A stretch of 64,000 bases of DNA from a bacterium (GCA_031362565.1 JANLSU010000062.1:22281-86280), one strand, 5' to 3'; shown: positions 20,314-34,134, counted from the stretch's first letter. The notes: generated by a model from the sequence alone, not told the origin. Program-made: numbers and translations.

Positions 20314-21066
20314 ATGCCAGCGAATACCATTGAAATGCCGCGACCGGCGTCCCCTTCGATCATGGAGGCGCTCTCGGTCTTTCTCATCGATCAACGGCGG
20401 CGACTCTCACGCCGAACATCCAATGAATACGATGCCGTGATCGAGGAATACTGCATGTATCTATACGGCTACGGCTCTGCGACGCTGTCCAGCGCAGAAA
20501 AAGCCTTGGCGTCAAACCGGCTCCTGCCCTGTGGTTGTGTCGAGAACGACTACCTCAATCTGTCCGCCCCGGTGCATCTGCTCCGCAACTTGGACGCCTT
20601 TCTGGAGCAGCATCGCGGCCCGACCCGCATGGCGGACAAGCGGCGAGTCATGATGACCCACAGGGTGGCTCGCAAGCTGCGCGCCTGGCTTCTGGAGGGC
20701 GGATGGCATGACTCGAATGCCCCACGACCACCGGGCAGCCTGTTGACGCGTCTCGACTTCGAGCAAGGTCGCCACGTTGCGAAAATCCTGGCGACGGCGA
20801 TCGAGGCCCGCGGCCTCGACTTCGAAGAAGTAGACAGCGACGAGGATTTCCTCGACTGCGGACTTTCTGACGTCAGCAGGATCGAGGCGGATGACCTGTG
20901 GCTCGACTACTGGACCGAAGAGGGGAATATACAGAAGGACGTGGGTCCAGTGCATTTCCCGGCCGCAGCACAGGTCTTGAAACCGGGATGGGTCGTAGGC
21001 TGTACGTTGGGACGAGTCCGCGGTGACTGGTGCATGCTCGCAGCCTCGAGTGTATATACGCTGTAG
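20314..21066 (+). CDS. Hypothetical protein (helical N-terminus, beta-rich C-terminus)
   Basis: 250-aa ORF with purine-rich SD region; fills the gap before SulP. Confidence 0.65.
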   Translation: MPANTIEMPRPASPSIMEALSVFLIDQRRRLSRRTSNEYDAVIEEYCMYLYGYGSATLSSAEKALASNRLLPCGCVENDYLNLSAPVHLLRNLDAFLEQHRGPTRMADKRRVMMTHRVARKLRAWLLEGGWHDSNAPRPPGSLLTRLDFEQGRHVAKILATAIEARGLDFEEVDSDEDFLDCGLSDVSRIEADDLWLDYWTEEGNIQKDVGPVHFPAAAQVLKPGWVVGCTLGRVRGDWCMLAASSVYTL

Positions 21067-21102
21067 GACTGCCGTGTCGTCGTTCTCCATTGGAGTCAGC
21101 AG

Positions 21103-22791
21103 ATGCGGCGGGGATTGCGGGAGTTGTACCGCCACGAGTTCGGCGGTTACGGCGCGGCCGGGCTGCGCGCCGACGTGCTCGCGGGGCTCACGGTAGCGGC
21201 GGTGGCGCTCCCACTCGCGCTGGCGTTCGGCGTCGCTTCGGGAGCGACGGCGGCTGCCGGGCTCGTGACCGCGATCGTCGGTGGGTTCGTCATTGGGGCG
21301 CTGTCCGGTGCGCCGTACCAGATCTCCGGACCCACCGGTGCGATGAGTGCGGTGCTGATCGTTCTGGCGCAAAAGTATGGGCTGCCGGGTGTCTGGGTCG
21401 CGGGGCTTTTTGCCGGCGTGGTGCTCCTCGCGGTTGGCGCTCTGGGTCTAGGCCGCTTCATCAGTTTCGTGCCCGCTCCGGTCATCAGTGGGTTCACCTC
21501 CGGCATCGCGCTCATCATCGTCATCGGCCAGTTGGATAATCTACTCGGCGTGCATACCCCTGCCGCGATGTCGGCAGCGCGGAAGCTGTGGGGCTACACG
21601 CACGGCGGCTTCATGCCGGATGCGCGGGCCTTTGGAGTTGGCGGGCTCACCATCGCGACGATGTTCGCGTGGCCGCGGCGTTGGAATGCGCGGGTGCCCG
21701 CGTCGCTGGTCGGGATCGTGATCGCGACCGCGGTAAGCGTCGTGCTCGGCGGGCATATCGCCGTCATTGGGGCGATTCCGCAGGCTCTGGTACTGAGCGA
21801 CCGCCTGCGCCTCGACACGATTCCCTGGTCACATCTGCGCGAATTGACCGCGCCCATCCTGACCATCGCCGGACTTGGAGCCATCGAGAGCCTGCTCTGT
21901 GGTGCGGTTTGCAGCAACATGACCGGCATTCGCCTGGCGGCGAACCAGGAGCTGATCGCTCAGGGCGTCGGCAATATGTTGTTGCCCTTCGTGGGTGGAG
22001 TGCCGGCGACTGCTGCGATCGCGCGCTCGAGCGTCGGAATCAAATCCGGCGGCCGGACCCGGCTCGTGAGTGTGACGCAGTCACTGGTGCTTCTGGCCTC
22101 GATGTTCATTCTCGCCCCGGTCATGTCGCGTGTTCCGCTCGCCGCGCTGGCCGGCGTGCTCATCGTCACCGCCTGGCGCATGAATGAATGGGAGTCGATC
22201 CGGTTCATCTTCGGTCACCGCTTCAAGACCGCGATGCTGACCTTCACCCTGACAATGGTGGCCACGGCGGCACTCGACCTCACAGAAGCCATTCTCGTCG
22301 GTGCGATCGTGTCGGCCTTGGTCTTCCTGAGTCAGATCGCCAGCATTCGTATCAACATCGATACGGTCGACACGGGCAAGCTGCGGGCGCGCGGCATCGA
22401 ACTGCGAGGCGATTGCCGCGATGTCCGCGTCGCCTATCTCACCGGCCCAATCTTCTTTGCCGCGGTCGGCAATTTCAACGAGGCCTTCGCACGCACCCAG
22501 AATGTGCGCTGGCTCATTCTGTCGATGCATGGGGTGCCGCTGCTCGACACGTCGGGGCTGCAGGCCATGCAGCGGCTCCAGCAGCGCATGCAAGCGGAAG
22601 GCGGCAGTCTGCTGCTGGCGGGGCTTCAGCCCGCCGTGCAAGCGATGATGGAGCGTGGCGGGTTGTTGCAGCATGTCGGCAGTGAGAATGTCTTTGCGAG
22701 CGCGGACCAGGCGATTGTGGCGGCGGATCACCGCTCGGCACACGCCCCCGTACGGTTGCCGAGAACCAATCGCGACTCAGCTCCAAGTTGA
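21103..22791 (+). CDS. SulP/SLC26 inorganic anion transporter with STAS domain
   Basis: DVLAGLTVAAVALPLALAFG, ISGPTGA, GAIESLL, NQELIAQG, TAAIARS, GPIFF..LDTSGL. Confidence 0.95.
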   Translation: MRRGLRELYRHEFGGYGAAGLRADVLAGLTVAAVALPLALAFGVASGATAAAGLVTAIVGGFVIGALSGAPYQISGPTGAMSAVLIVLAQKYGLPGVWVAGLFAGVVLLAVGALGLGRFISFVPAPVISGFTSGIALIIVIGQLDNLLGVHTPAAMSAARKLWGYTHGGFMPDARAFGVGGLTIATMFAWPRRWNARVPASLVGIVIATAVSVVLGGHIAVIGAIPQALVLSDRLRLDTIPWSHLRELTAPILTIAGLGAIESLLCGAVCSNMTGIRLAANQELIAQGVGNMLLPFVGGVPATAAIARSSVGIKSGGRTRLVSVTQSLVLLASMFILAPVMSRVPLAALAGVLIVTAWRMNEWESIRFIFGHRFKTAMLTFTLTMVATAALDLTEAILVGAIVSALVFLSQIASIRINIDTVDTGKLRARGIELRGDCRDVRVAYLTGPIFFAAVGNFNEAFARTQNVRWLILSMHGVPLLDTSGLQAMQRLQQRMQAEGGSLLLAGLQPAVQAMMERGGLLQHVGSENVFASADQAIVAADHRSAHAPVRLPRTNRDSAPS

Positions 22792-22996
22792 AACAGTCGT
22801 CAAGGCGTGTCGGTTCAACGTTGTCGTTCGGCGACAAGCGTGAATTGCATAGGAGGCAAAGGGATCAAGCGTTCGTCGACTTCAGTGCCCCGGCCCTCAA
22901 GGGCACGGCGGTGCTTGAAACAACCAATCGTGTTGACTACAATGGAGCGTGTGCTCAGTAGAAGCGTTGAAATCACCATCAGCAAGGAATCGGCGA

Positions 22997-24141
22997 ATGC
23001 GCGGGCGCGGTCTGGTCCTTTGCGCGCTGGTCGGCGCGGGGCTCCTCTTCCTATCCTGCGCGGGAGCACAGCCTCCGGCGATAACCGCCTGGCGCCCGTG
23101 GTACCGCGTCTTGACCGACAGTCTGCCTGCGGTGCCTGCGGGCGCCCGAATTTCTATCGACGTTACCGGCGGGACCGAGCCTCTTGGCGGCGATGAGTCG
23201 TTGTATGGCGCTGACCTTCGTCGCACCGTGGAGGGGCTGCTTACGAGACGCGGCTATGCCGTCGTTGCTGACTCTGCCGAGTTTCACGCCAAGGTTGTCT
23301 ATCACACAAGGGAGCAGCAGAGCCTGGACGTTGAAACCACCAGTTCGACTGTGAGCGGCATGTCTTCCGCTACTTATGCTACCCAGAGCCGTTCATGGCT
23401 GGGGGTCGCCATTGCAAGCGCGATGTACTCAGCATCTATGTCTCACGCCGCGACTACGACCGCGACACGAATACAGAACCGAGGTGCGTATGTTCACGCC
23501 CTATCCACAGAGATCGGTAATCGCTCTGGTCGGTTGGTGTGGAAGGGCGAATCGACTTGGCGCTCGACGAACATTGACGGACGGAGCGGGTTCCAAACCT
23601 CCCTCCAGATGACGCTGAGCTCGCTGCCAAAGTCGTCAGCGGCGATTCCAGCGGTCAAGACGGTTCGTGCTTCACATGTAGAAAACTATAAGCGCATCTA
23701 CTGCGAGAATCGTTGGTTTGACTGTCCAGCGCTTCCATACCGGATTGCGTTCACGTTCATGTCGGTACCCGCGAAGCGACCTGCCGCCTGGGGCAATACC
23801 CAGCGCGACGCGCCCACGATCGTAGCCTTCGACCACTCCGAGGCAATAGCGGCGTATGTTGATTTGGTGCAGACAGCCGAGAACGCACTGCCCTGGGAAG
23901 CAAGGACTGGCGGGATCCGCTGCGGCCGGCAATTTGGGGCCGTGTAATGCTGGCGGGGCGATATCGCCTCGAGCCCGATGGAACGGTTGTGGCGGTCGGC
24001 GTGCGTCTTGAAGGCAGCCTGGATGGGTACATCATTCGTGAATGCCGAGTGCTCACCGACGCCGAATTCCACCAATTCGAGATTGATCTTGAAGCGTGGA
24101 ATAGCGCACTGCGCGAGTACTACGCCGTCTATTCAGACTAG
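22997..24141 (+). pseudogene. Hypothetical lipoprotein, apparently split by a 1-nt frameshift near 23891 (ORFs 22997-23947 and 23947-24141)
   Basis: Lipobox FLSC; adding one C to the CCC at 23891-93 gives the continuous reading ENALPLGSKDWRDPLRPAIWGRVMLAGRYRL. Confidence 0.5.
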
Positions 24142-24271
24142 GTGCCTCGCTAGGATGGTTGAGTCTGCCTGGGCACGGCCCAATACGCGCATCCGCCTCG
24201 GGGCTGTGTCAGCGGGAACGCCTGGCCGGTCCGGAGGTCCACGTTCTTCGGAGGTTCGGAGGCGTGTAGCA

Positions 24272-26074
24272 TCACCCGATATGCGGGAACCCAGGGGCGA
24301 CCCGATGGACACGCCTCGACATCCACGCGCCGACACCGGCCATACCGGTTGCGGCGGCTAGTAGAGCGACCGAAAGAGCAGCCGGTAACGGTGATCCCGA
24401 TTGTGTGAATCGGTAGCTCGCGACCTCAGCACGCGCATTTGTGGTTCCGGTGCCATCGCCCAGGAAGAGCTTGGCGGCGATGTCCCTGGAATGACCGCTT
24501 GTCACTGTCTTTAGGGCACCGTCAACGAAGAAGCGCGCCGTTCCACTTGGCAACATTTCAATGCGATAGTCGTGAAACACGGTAGTGTCCAGGAAGACGA
24601 TGTCGTGGCTGATCGGACAATCGTCTCGGATACGATCCGGCATCATTCCGAATTGGTAGAGATGTTTCCCTGTGCAAAGCCCGAAATTGAAACCATACCC
24701 GTAGCACCCATTCGATTCATAGCCCTCGATGTTGGTCAGACGGGCTCGGATCTCAAGCACCATTGGTTCGGCCTCGTTGAGAACCACGGGACGGGCACAC
24801 TGGATCTCGCCGTGTCCGAAGCCCTGCCCCATCGAGTCCTGCACCAACACCCCATCCGAAACGGTGAACACAGATGCTTCGGGCGTTCCCACATCTACTC
24901 CGGTCGTCGAGTACGCCCAGCCCTGTCGTGACGGCAGTGAGTCGAGGCTGAGCGAGACGCTTGCACCCCTCGAGTTCAGCACCCAAGTCAACGCCGCGAG
25001 TGCCAGCGTCCCCGCGGCGAGCAACCAGAGCGCCGTCGCGGCACGACTGCGAGCTGTAGAGCGCTGAAGGACCTTCTCTAGATCGCCGACCTGGGGGTAA
25101 CGAGCTTCAGGATCTGCTGACAAGCATCGCGCAATGCAGCGAGCCAACTGCTGTGGGATGTCGGCTCGCAATACCCGCAGGCTTGGGAATCTACTGTCTG
25201 CGAGATCTTCAGTGTCGGTTCGGAGAACGCGGTCCGCGTGTGCGTGCTTTAGTGTTTCGATTGCATCGGCTTCAACGGGATGGCGACCCGTTAGTGCGTA
25301 GAAGAGCAACACCCCGAGACTATACACATCCGAACGCTCGGTCAGCCGCCCGAGTGTCAGCGTCTCAGGAGCCATAAAAAACGGGGTACCAGTGTGGTGT
25401 GTTCCAGGCACATTGGGAGTCACGATGCGACCGGCTCCGAAGTCTACAAGACAGTAGCGTCCGTCAGCGAGGCAGAGAACATTGCTCGGTTTGATGTCTC
25501 CGTGGAGGACACCCGCCGAGTGGGCAGCCTCCAGTGCGCGGCACATCGCAACGCCGAGTTCGGCCACTTGTCGCGGTCCGAGAATGTGGCTTCTCTCCAG
25601 TAGCTGGGCAAGATTTTCGCCTTCGACCAGGTCCATCCAGAACCCAACTCGACCGTGATCGACATCGAAGCCGTGAATGCGCACCACGTTTTCGTGGCGG
25701 ATGCGGGCCAATGCTCGAGCCTCTGCGATGACCTCTGGAAGTGAGCCGATATCGCTAGAGTCTGCATGGTAGAGCTTAAGGGCAACCGCTTGATGGAGTG
25801 TCTCATCGTAGGCGCGAAAAACCTCTCCGAATCGACCCGAGCCAATGCGTGCGAGAAGGCGTAGGTGGCGCCAGGTGGGGAACGGCACTTCCTCGGGATT
25901 GGAGCGTAACCTGCGGTTCGCATCCGCAATGTACGCGATCAGTGCGAGCTGGCGGATTACCCGTGCTTCGTTCGTGCCCGTTGCGGCGCGCTCTTCAGCA
26001 ACCCAGTCGACCTCCCGCCCCTCGGAGATCGCGCCAATCAGATCCTCGATGTATTCACCCTCTCGACTCATCAT
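24272..26074 (-). CDS. Hanks-type Ser/Thr kinase with TM, beta-rich extracellular domain and a second C-terminal TM
   Basis: GSGRFGEV, VALK, LHGDIKPSN, DFG, GTPFFMAPE, SDVYSLG; start overlaps the ECF gene end. Confidence 0.9.
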   Translation of the reverse strand: MMSREGEYIEDLIGAISEGREVDWVAEERAATGTNEARVIRQLALIAYIADANRRLRSNPEEVPFPTWRHLRLLARIGSGRFGEVFRAYDETLHQAVALKLYHADSSDIGSLPEVIAEARALARIRHENVVRIHGFDVDHGRVGFWMDLVEGENLAQLLERSHILGPRQVAELGVAMCRALEAAHSAGVLHGDIKPSNVLCLADGRYCLVDFGAGRIVTPNVPGTHHTGTPFFMAPETLTLGRLTERSDVYSLGVLLFYALTGRHPVEADAIETLKHAHADRVLRTDTEDLADSRFPSLRVLRADIPQQLARCIARCLSADPEARYPQVGDLEKVLQRSTARSRAATALWLLAAGTLALAALTWVLNSRGASVSLSLDSLPSRQGWAYSTTGVDVGTPEASVFTVSDGVLVQDSMGQGFGHGEIQCARPVVLNEAEPMVLEIRARLTNIEGYESNGCYGYGFNFGLCTGKHLYQFGMMPDRIRDDCPISHDIVFLDTTVFHDYRIEMLPSGTARFFVDGALKTVTSGHSRDIAAKLFLGDGTGTTNARAEVASYRFTQSGSPLPAALSVALLAAATGMAGVGAWMSRRVHRVAPGFPHIG

Positions 26075-26624
26075 CCGCAAGAGACTCCGCGAGCCTTCGA
26101 AGGGCCCGTTTGAATGACATGCGCGCGGCGTCGCCGGAAGGCTTGCCGGTGTGCAACGCAAGCTCTTGAAAGCTCATGTCGAGCTCAAGGCGTCCGATGA
26201 TCAGGTCCTGTTGATCGTCGGAGAGTTTCGCCAGCCCATGGCGGTATCGATCCTCCGACTCGCGGGCGATTAGGTTGTCGATCGGAGATGGCTCGCCTCC
26301 GGGAAGATCTTCGTCCAATTCGCTGCGCAGGGGCCGTCGCCCTACTCGCCGAATCTCGTTGCGCGCCCGATTCAACACACTCGCACACAAGTAGGAGAGC
26401 AATCCGCCCCCCTCTTGCTTAAACCCCTGGAGGTTCGATAGCGAACCCAGGAGAGCTTCTTGAACGATGTCCTCCGTTTCGCTGAGGTCGCGCGCATATG
26501 TGGGTAGCCTGCCGTGGCTCCAGCGGAGGAGACGAGGCCGCAGGCGCTCGTAGATCGCCCGGATTGCTTCGTCGTTACCCCGGGACGCCCGGTCAACGAG
26601 CGACTGGGTCGTCATGGCTTCCAT
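26055..26624 (-). CDS. ECF-family RNA polymerase sigma factor
   Basis: Region 2 ETEDIVQEALL..LNRARNEIRR; region 4 LSDDQQDLIIGRLELDMSFQELA..RALRRL. Confidence 0.9.
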   Translation of the reverse strand: MEAMTTQSLVDRASRGNDEAIRAIYERLRPRLLRWSHGRLPTYARDLSETEDIVQEALLGSLSNLQGFKQEGGGLLSYLCASVLNRARNEIRRVGRRPLRSELDEDLPGGEPSPIDNLIARESEDRYRHGLAKLSDDQQDLIIGRLELDMSFQELALHTGKPSGDAARMSFKRALRRLAESLADDESRG

Positions 26625-26883
26625 CGCCGTTCGGGAGCCAGGACCGCCATCACTCGCCGCCACAGCTTCCTCCGGGGGCCTAACCTATTGAAAAACTAGG
26701 AGTTGAAATTCTATCACACAGCGAACCAGGTGATCCACTGCCGCCAGCGTTCGGTTCGGCGAGGTCCGGGGTTTCCCCAGGTGAGGCGTCGTTGGGAGCG
26801 GCGGTCGGTCGGCCCACGGCAGCGTGGCCGCTTGTCTAATTCGCATTGTCATGTGTGGTGTCGTTTCGAGGAGGCATTTCTAC

Positions 26884-28095
26884 ATGGGCATCAGACCGAG
26901 AACTTTTGAACTCCGTTGCGCAACGGACGCCAAATGGCAGGTCCCTTCAAGTTGGGTTGAAAAGTTGGATATCTGGTGGTGGAATCGCTTCTTGACACCC
27001 CGGCTCAGCCTGGTCGCGGCAGTCCTTTTGACTTGTCTTTCGGCCCTTCCTGGAGCTCCTGCGCGCGCTGCGTTTCTCTACAGCGTAGACAATGTCTCCG
27101 ACGAGCTAGTTTGTGTCGATAGTGACTCCGGGACCGTCGTCGCCATCGGTCCCATTGGAACGCACGTGGAGGATTGTGATCTCGCGCTCTTCCGAGGCAA
27201 GGTGTTCCTCCTTGACACTGTCTGGGAAGTCGGAAGCCGGCTCATGCGGCTTGACCCGCGGACAGGCGCCGCACTCTGGGTTGTTCCAGTGACGTTTCAA
27301 GGAAACCCTGTCTTGCTCGCCGAGGGGTTGGCTGCGGATAGTAACGGACTTCTCGTCTCATTCAGGACCGCGGCGGCTTTCAATGCGGCCTGCTCCAATG
27401 CCCTTGGTCGGCTGGACAGCTTGGGCGCCATTAGTGGTGTCAATGATTTTGCGCTCTCGCAAGACTCGCGCGCTGATGCCGACGGACTTGGGATTGGTCT
27501 CATCGATCCCCACGTGTTCTGGATCGACGCCTCGATACCGCCAACCAACAACATTCGGCTGCTTGATGTCACGCTGAACCCACCAGCCATGTCAATCATT
27601 TCCCAGAGCCAGCCGTATAGAGCCATCAACGACCTGGCGCTCGCCGCCGGCGTACTCCTAGGAATGAATTCGTCAACGCACGAACTCGTGCGTATCGATC
27701 CCGAATCGGGCGCGATCTTGGCGGTCACGGCGATTCGGCAGCAACAAAGGAACCTTTTTGGACTCGCGCCGGCGCTTGCACCCGTGTGCACAGATGTCAT
27801 TCCGCTGGTCAGCCCGATGGCGTTGGAACTCCGGCCTGGGCTTCCAAACCCATTCAATCCGGCGACGTCGTTCGCGTACGTGCTCCCGTCCGACGGCCTT
27901 GTGTTGCTTACCGTGCACGACGTTCGAGGCCGCCAGATTGTGACGCTCGTGAATACAGTACAGCCATCGGGCTTGCACGCGGCATCCTGGGACGGTCGCG
28001 ATGCGGGCGGCGCCACGCTCAGCTCCGGCATCTACTTCGTGCGACTCGCTTCCGGGGGCAAGGCCCGGACCAGGAAGATCGTGCTCGCGCGGTAG
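26884..28095 (+). CDS. Secreted beta-propeller-like protein with FlgD-Ig C-terminal domain (start 26884 or TTG 26992)
   Basis: SD GAGGAGG; signal-like LSLVAAVLLTCLSALPGAPARA; repeated LxxIDPxxG blades; PNPFNP..RKIVLAR. Confidence 0.75.
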   Translation: MGIRPRTFELRCATDAKWQVPSSWVEKLDIWWWNRFLTPRLSLVAAVLLTCLSALPGAPARAAFLYSVDNVSDELVCVDSDSGTVVAIGPIGTHVEDCDLALFRGKVFLLDTVWEVGSRLMRLDPRTGAALWVVPVTFQGNPVLLAEGLAADSNGLLVSFRTAAAFNAACSNALGRLDSLGAISGVNDFALSQDSRADADGLGIGLIDPHVFWIDASIPPTNNIRLLDVTLNPPAMSIISQSQPYRAINDLALAAGVLLGMNSSTHELVRIDPESGAILAVTAIRQQQRNLFGLAPALAPVCTDVIPLVSPMALELRPGLPNPFNPATSFAYVLPSDGLVLLTVHDVRGRQIVTLVNTVQPSGLHAASWDGRDAGGATLSSGIYFVRLASGGKARTRKIVLAR

Positions 28096-28225
28096 CCGGG
28101 GTCGCGGCCCAGCGCGGGGATCTCATAGTCGATCGTTGAAAGAGGTGCTCGTTTTCGCGTGTGCCGGCTGCGCAGTCCAAGTCAAATGGTCGTTTCCGGG
28201 CACACCAACCGAGTCCGCCGACACT

Positions 28226-29023
28226 CTATCGAGCGTTTAGTGCCTCCAGAAGTCTTCGCAAGTCTGAATCGTTGGGTTGCACCCCGAGGCCGCGCTGCAC
28301 GACGGCGATGGCTTGATCGCGGTGGCCTTGTTCGGCGAACACGCGGGCCAGGAAGACGTAGCCGCGGGGGTCGGTCGGGCGTTGTTGCAAGAAGGTCTGC
28401 AGCTCGGTGGCGGCGCCCTCCAGGTCATGGCGCGCCGCGAGTGCCGTCGCGAGTTCGAGGCGCGCTTCGGTCAGATTCGGTTCGAGTTCCAGCGCTTCAC
28501 GATACGATCGCAACGCGCCGTCCAGATCGCCGCGGCCGCGCAGCGCGCTCGCTCGCGCCCATGCGAGCTTGGGACGCACTCCCCGGATCTGTGGGTCGAT
28601 CGCTACCGCCGCTTCGAAGGCCTCCGTCGCGGCGCCCAGATTCCCGGCCGCGGCATACGTGTTGCCGAGCTCGACCTGCACTTGCGCATCGCGTGGCGCG
28701 AGCACCGCTGCGCGTCGCAATTCCACCATCGCACCCTCGAGATCGCCGGCCCGTGCCAATGCTTGTCCGAGCGCCAGGCGCGCCGGCCCCTCGGCCAGCG
28801 TTTGATCGAGCTTCAACGCCAACCGCATCTGTGCCGCCGCACGCACGTAGTCGCCATGCGCCATGAGTTCGCGGACCTCTGGCCCGTAGTCGAGCGAAAT
28901 TCCCGGCGGACGGTGATCGCGCCACAACGCGACCCCGACGCCGACGACCAATGCCGCTGCAAAGAGCACCTTGCCGACGAGATAGGGGGCGCGATAGAGC
29001 GCGATGCGATCAGGCTGTTGCAT
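28226..29023 (-). CDS. Membrane-anchored TPR protein
   Basis: N-terminal TM followed by TPR repeats (LGQALARAGDLEGA, LGNTYAAAG, ALELEP). Confidence 0.85.
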   Translation of the reverse strand: MQQPDRIALYRAPYLVGKVLFAAALVVGVGVALWRDHRPPGISLDYGPEVRELMAHGDYVRAAAQMRLALKLDQTLAEGPARLALGQALARAGDLEGAMVELRRAAVLAPRDAQVQVELGNTYAAAGNLGAATEAFEAAVAIDPQIRGVRPKLAWARASALRGRGDLDGALRSYREALELEPNLTEARLELATALAARHDLEGAATELQTFLQQRPTDPRGYVFLARVFAEQGHRDQAIAVVQRGLGVQPNDSDLRRLLEALNAR

Positions 29024-30122
29024 AGGTTGGCGCCGGCGCCGGTGTACCAGGCGTACCCGACTCGACGACGCGGCGGTTGCTGTCGCCTTGGCGCAACTTC
29101 CAGATGAAGCCGTCGACCACGAAGTGGTGCACGTTGATTGCGGCGATCACCAGCAACATGCTTTCGACGCGGCCGAAGCCAGCGGCGGCGAACGCCAAGG
29201 GCAGCGCATGGAAGAGCCCATAGCCAAGCGCCAAACACACGCCGTAGAAGCGCAGCACGAGCCCCGCAACACTCTGTCGGTTGCCGGGCAGCTGCAGGCG
29301 CTCACGGACGTGGAACACCAGCACGATGACCAAGTATTGCAAGCCATGGAACACCGTCGCCCAAAAGAAGGCCTGCATCGCCGTCAGCGTGAACCACCAG
29401 ACGCCGTTGGCGAGAATCGTCAGCACGCTGATGAGCGGCATCGGCCCGCTCGGTGACCGCCACACTTTCAAGAACAGAAGCACGGGTGCCGAGAACCCGA
29501 TGACAGGCAGCGCGACGCTCGCCGCATGGAGCGTCGCCGCAACGCTCGGGACGGACTGCACCTGCTCTTTCGAGACGAACCAAAAGAGTCCGGTCCCGGG
29601 TGCTGAAATGAATGCATACACAAAGGGCACGAGGGCCGTCGCCCGCAACAATCGCTTGTCCGTCACCGACAACTTGCAGCCCGAGCGGTACGAGTAGAGC
29701 ACCGCCAACCCATAGGCCTGCGCCGCGTAGTGATACGGCGACCAGGTGAGATATAGCGCCTGCAAGTGCCGCCCGAGCGATGCCGGCATCGCGACACACA
29801 CCGTCAAGACGGCGAGTGCCACGAGCGGGAACGCCATCGTCAGGAAAGGCCACGTACGCTGTGCATCCGGCTTCGAATACAAGCGCACGGTGGACGACGC
29901 GAAGTGTGCACTGTTGCTCGCCAAGAGCACGGTCGCGAGTGCCGTCCCCGTGTAGGCCACCGGGTGATACGGCCCAAAGCGCAGGAACGCCGTCGCCAGC
30001 AGGCTCAGGCCGCCACCCACCAGCAAGTACTCGGCGGCCGGGTTGAAGAACGTGCGCCCGACGAGCGCCTGGCCAAGGCTGCGATTCGCGCCCGGGGTGG
30101 TTCTGGAAACAGCGTCCGGCAC
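29010..30122 (-). CDS. Polytopic membrane protein with conserved-looking His motifs
   Basis: Many TM segments; [34 protein letters not shown]; overlaps the TPR gene start. Confidence 0.8.
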   Translation of the reverse strand: MPDAVSRTTPGANRSLGQALVGRTFFNPAAEYLLVGGGLSLLATAFLRFGPYHPVAYTGTALATVLLASNSAHFASSTVRLYSKPDAQRTWPFLTMAFPLVALAVLTVCVAMPASLGRHLQALYLTWSPYHYAAQAYGLAVLYSYRSGCKLSVTDKRLLRATALVPFVYAFISAPGTGLFWFVSKEQVQSVPSVAATLHAASVALPVIGFSAPVLLFLKVWRSPSGPMPLISVLTILANGVWWFTLTAMQAFFWATVFHGLQYLVIVLVFHVRERLQLPGNRQSVAGLVLRFYGVCLALGYGLFHALPLAFAAAGFGRVESMLLVIAAINVHHFVVDGFIWKLRQGDSNRRVVESGTPGTPAPAPTYATA

Positions 30123-30242
30123 GTCATCTCCGAGCAGCGGGCCCCGGCTCGCGGGCCGCGTTTGGGGTTGGGCCCAAGGCTAGCACAGGAGATGCTACAA
30201 TGGGTCCGCGGCGCCCGTCGCGCTCGCTCCCAGGAGGGTCCG

Positions 30243-33944
<3,702 letters not shown>

Positions 33945-34134
33945 TTGCGGCAAACAATGCCTCGTGCGAATGCAGGAAGCGGGCGCGCGTGCGCCTGGCG
34001 GCCGCATGCAGCCGCACTCCGCGCGCTGTAGCACCGCCAAGCGGTGTGCACGGTTCTTGTTGTGGGTCTGTCTGGGCACCCATGTTCGGGTGTGGGCACG
34101 GAAGCCGGTGCGGATGCGGTGGGGAGGGGCACGC

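Noticed and set aside
22791..24271. Integron cassette / attC sites around the A/T-richer lipoprotein gene
   Set aside because: No RYYYAAC...GTTRRRY box pairs recognised and no integrase in the window.
30123..30242. SAM or cobalamin riboswitch upstream of metH
   Set aside because: Intergenic space is short, holds promoter-like elements and shows no recognisable aptamer core.
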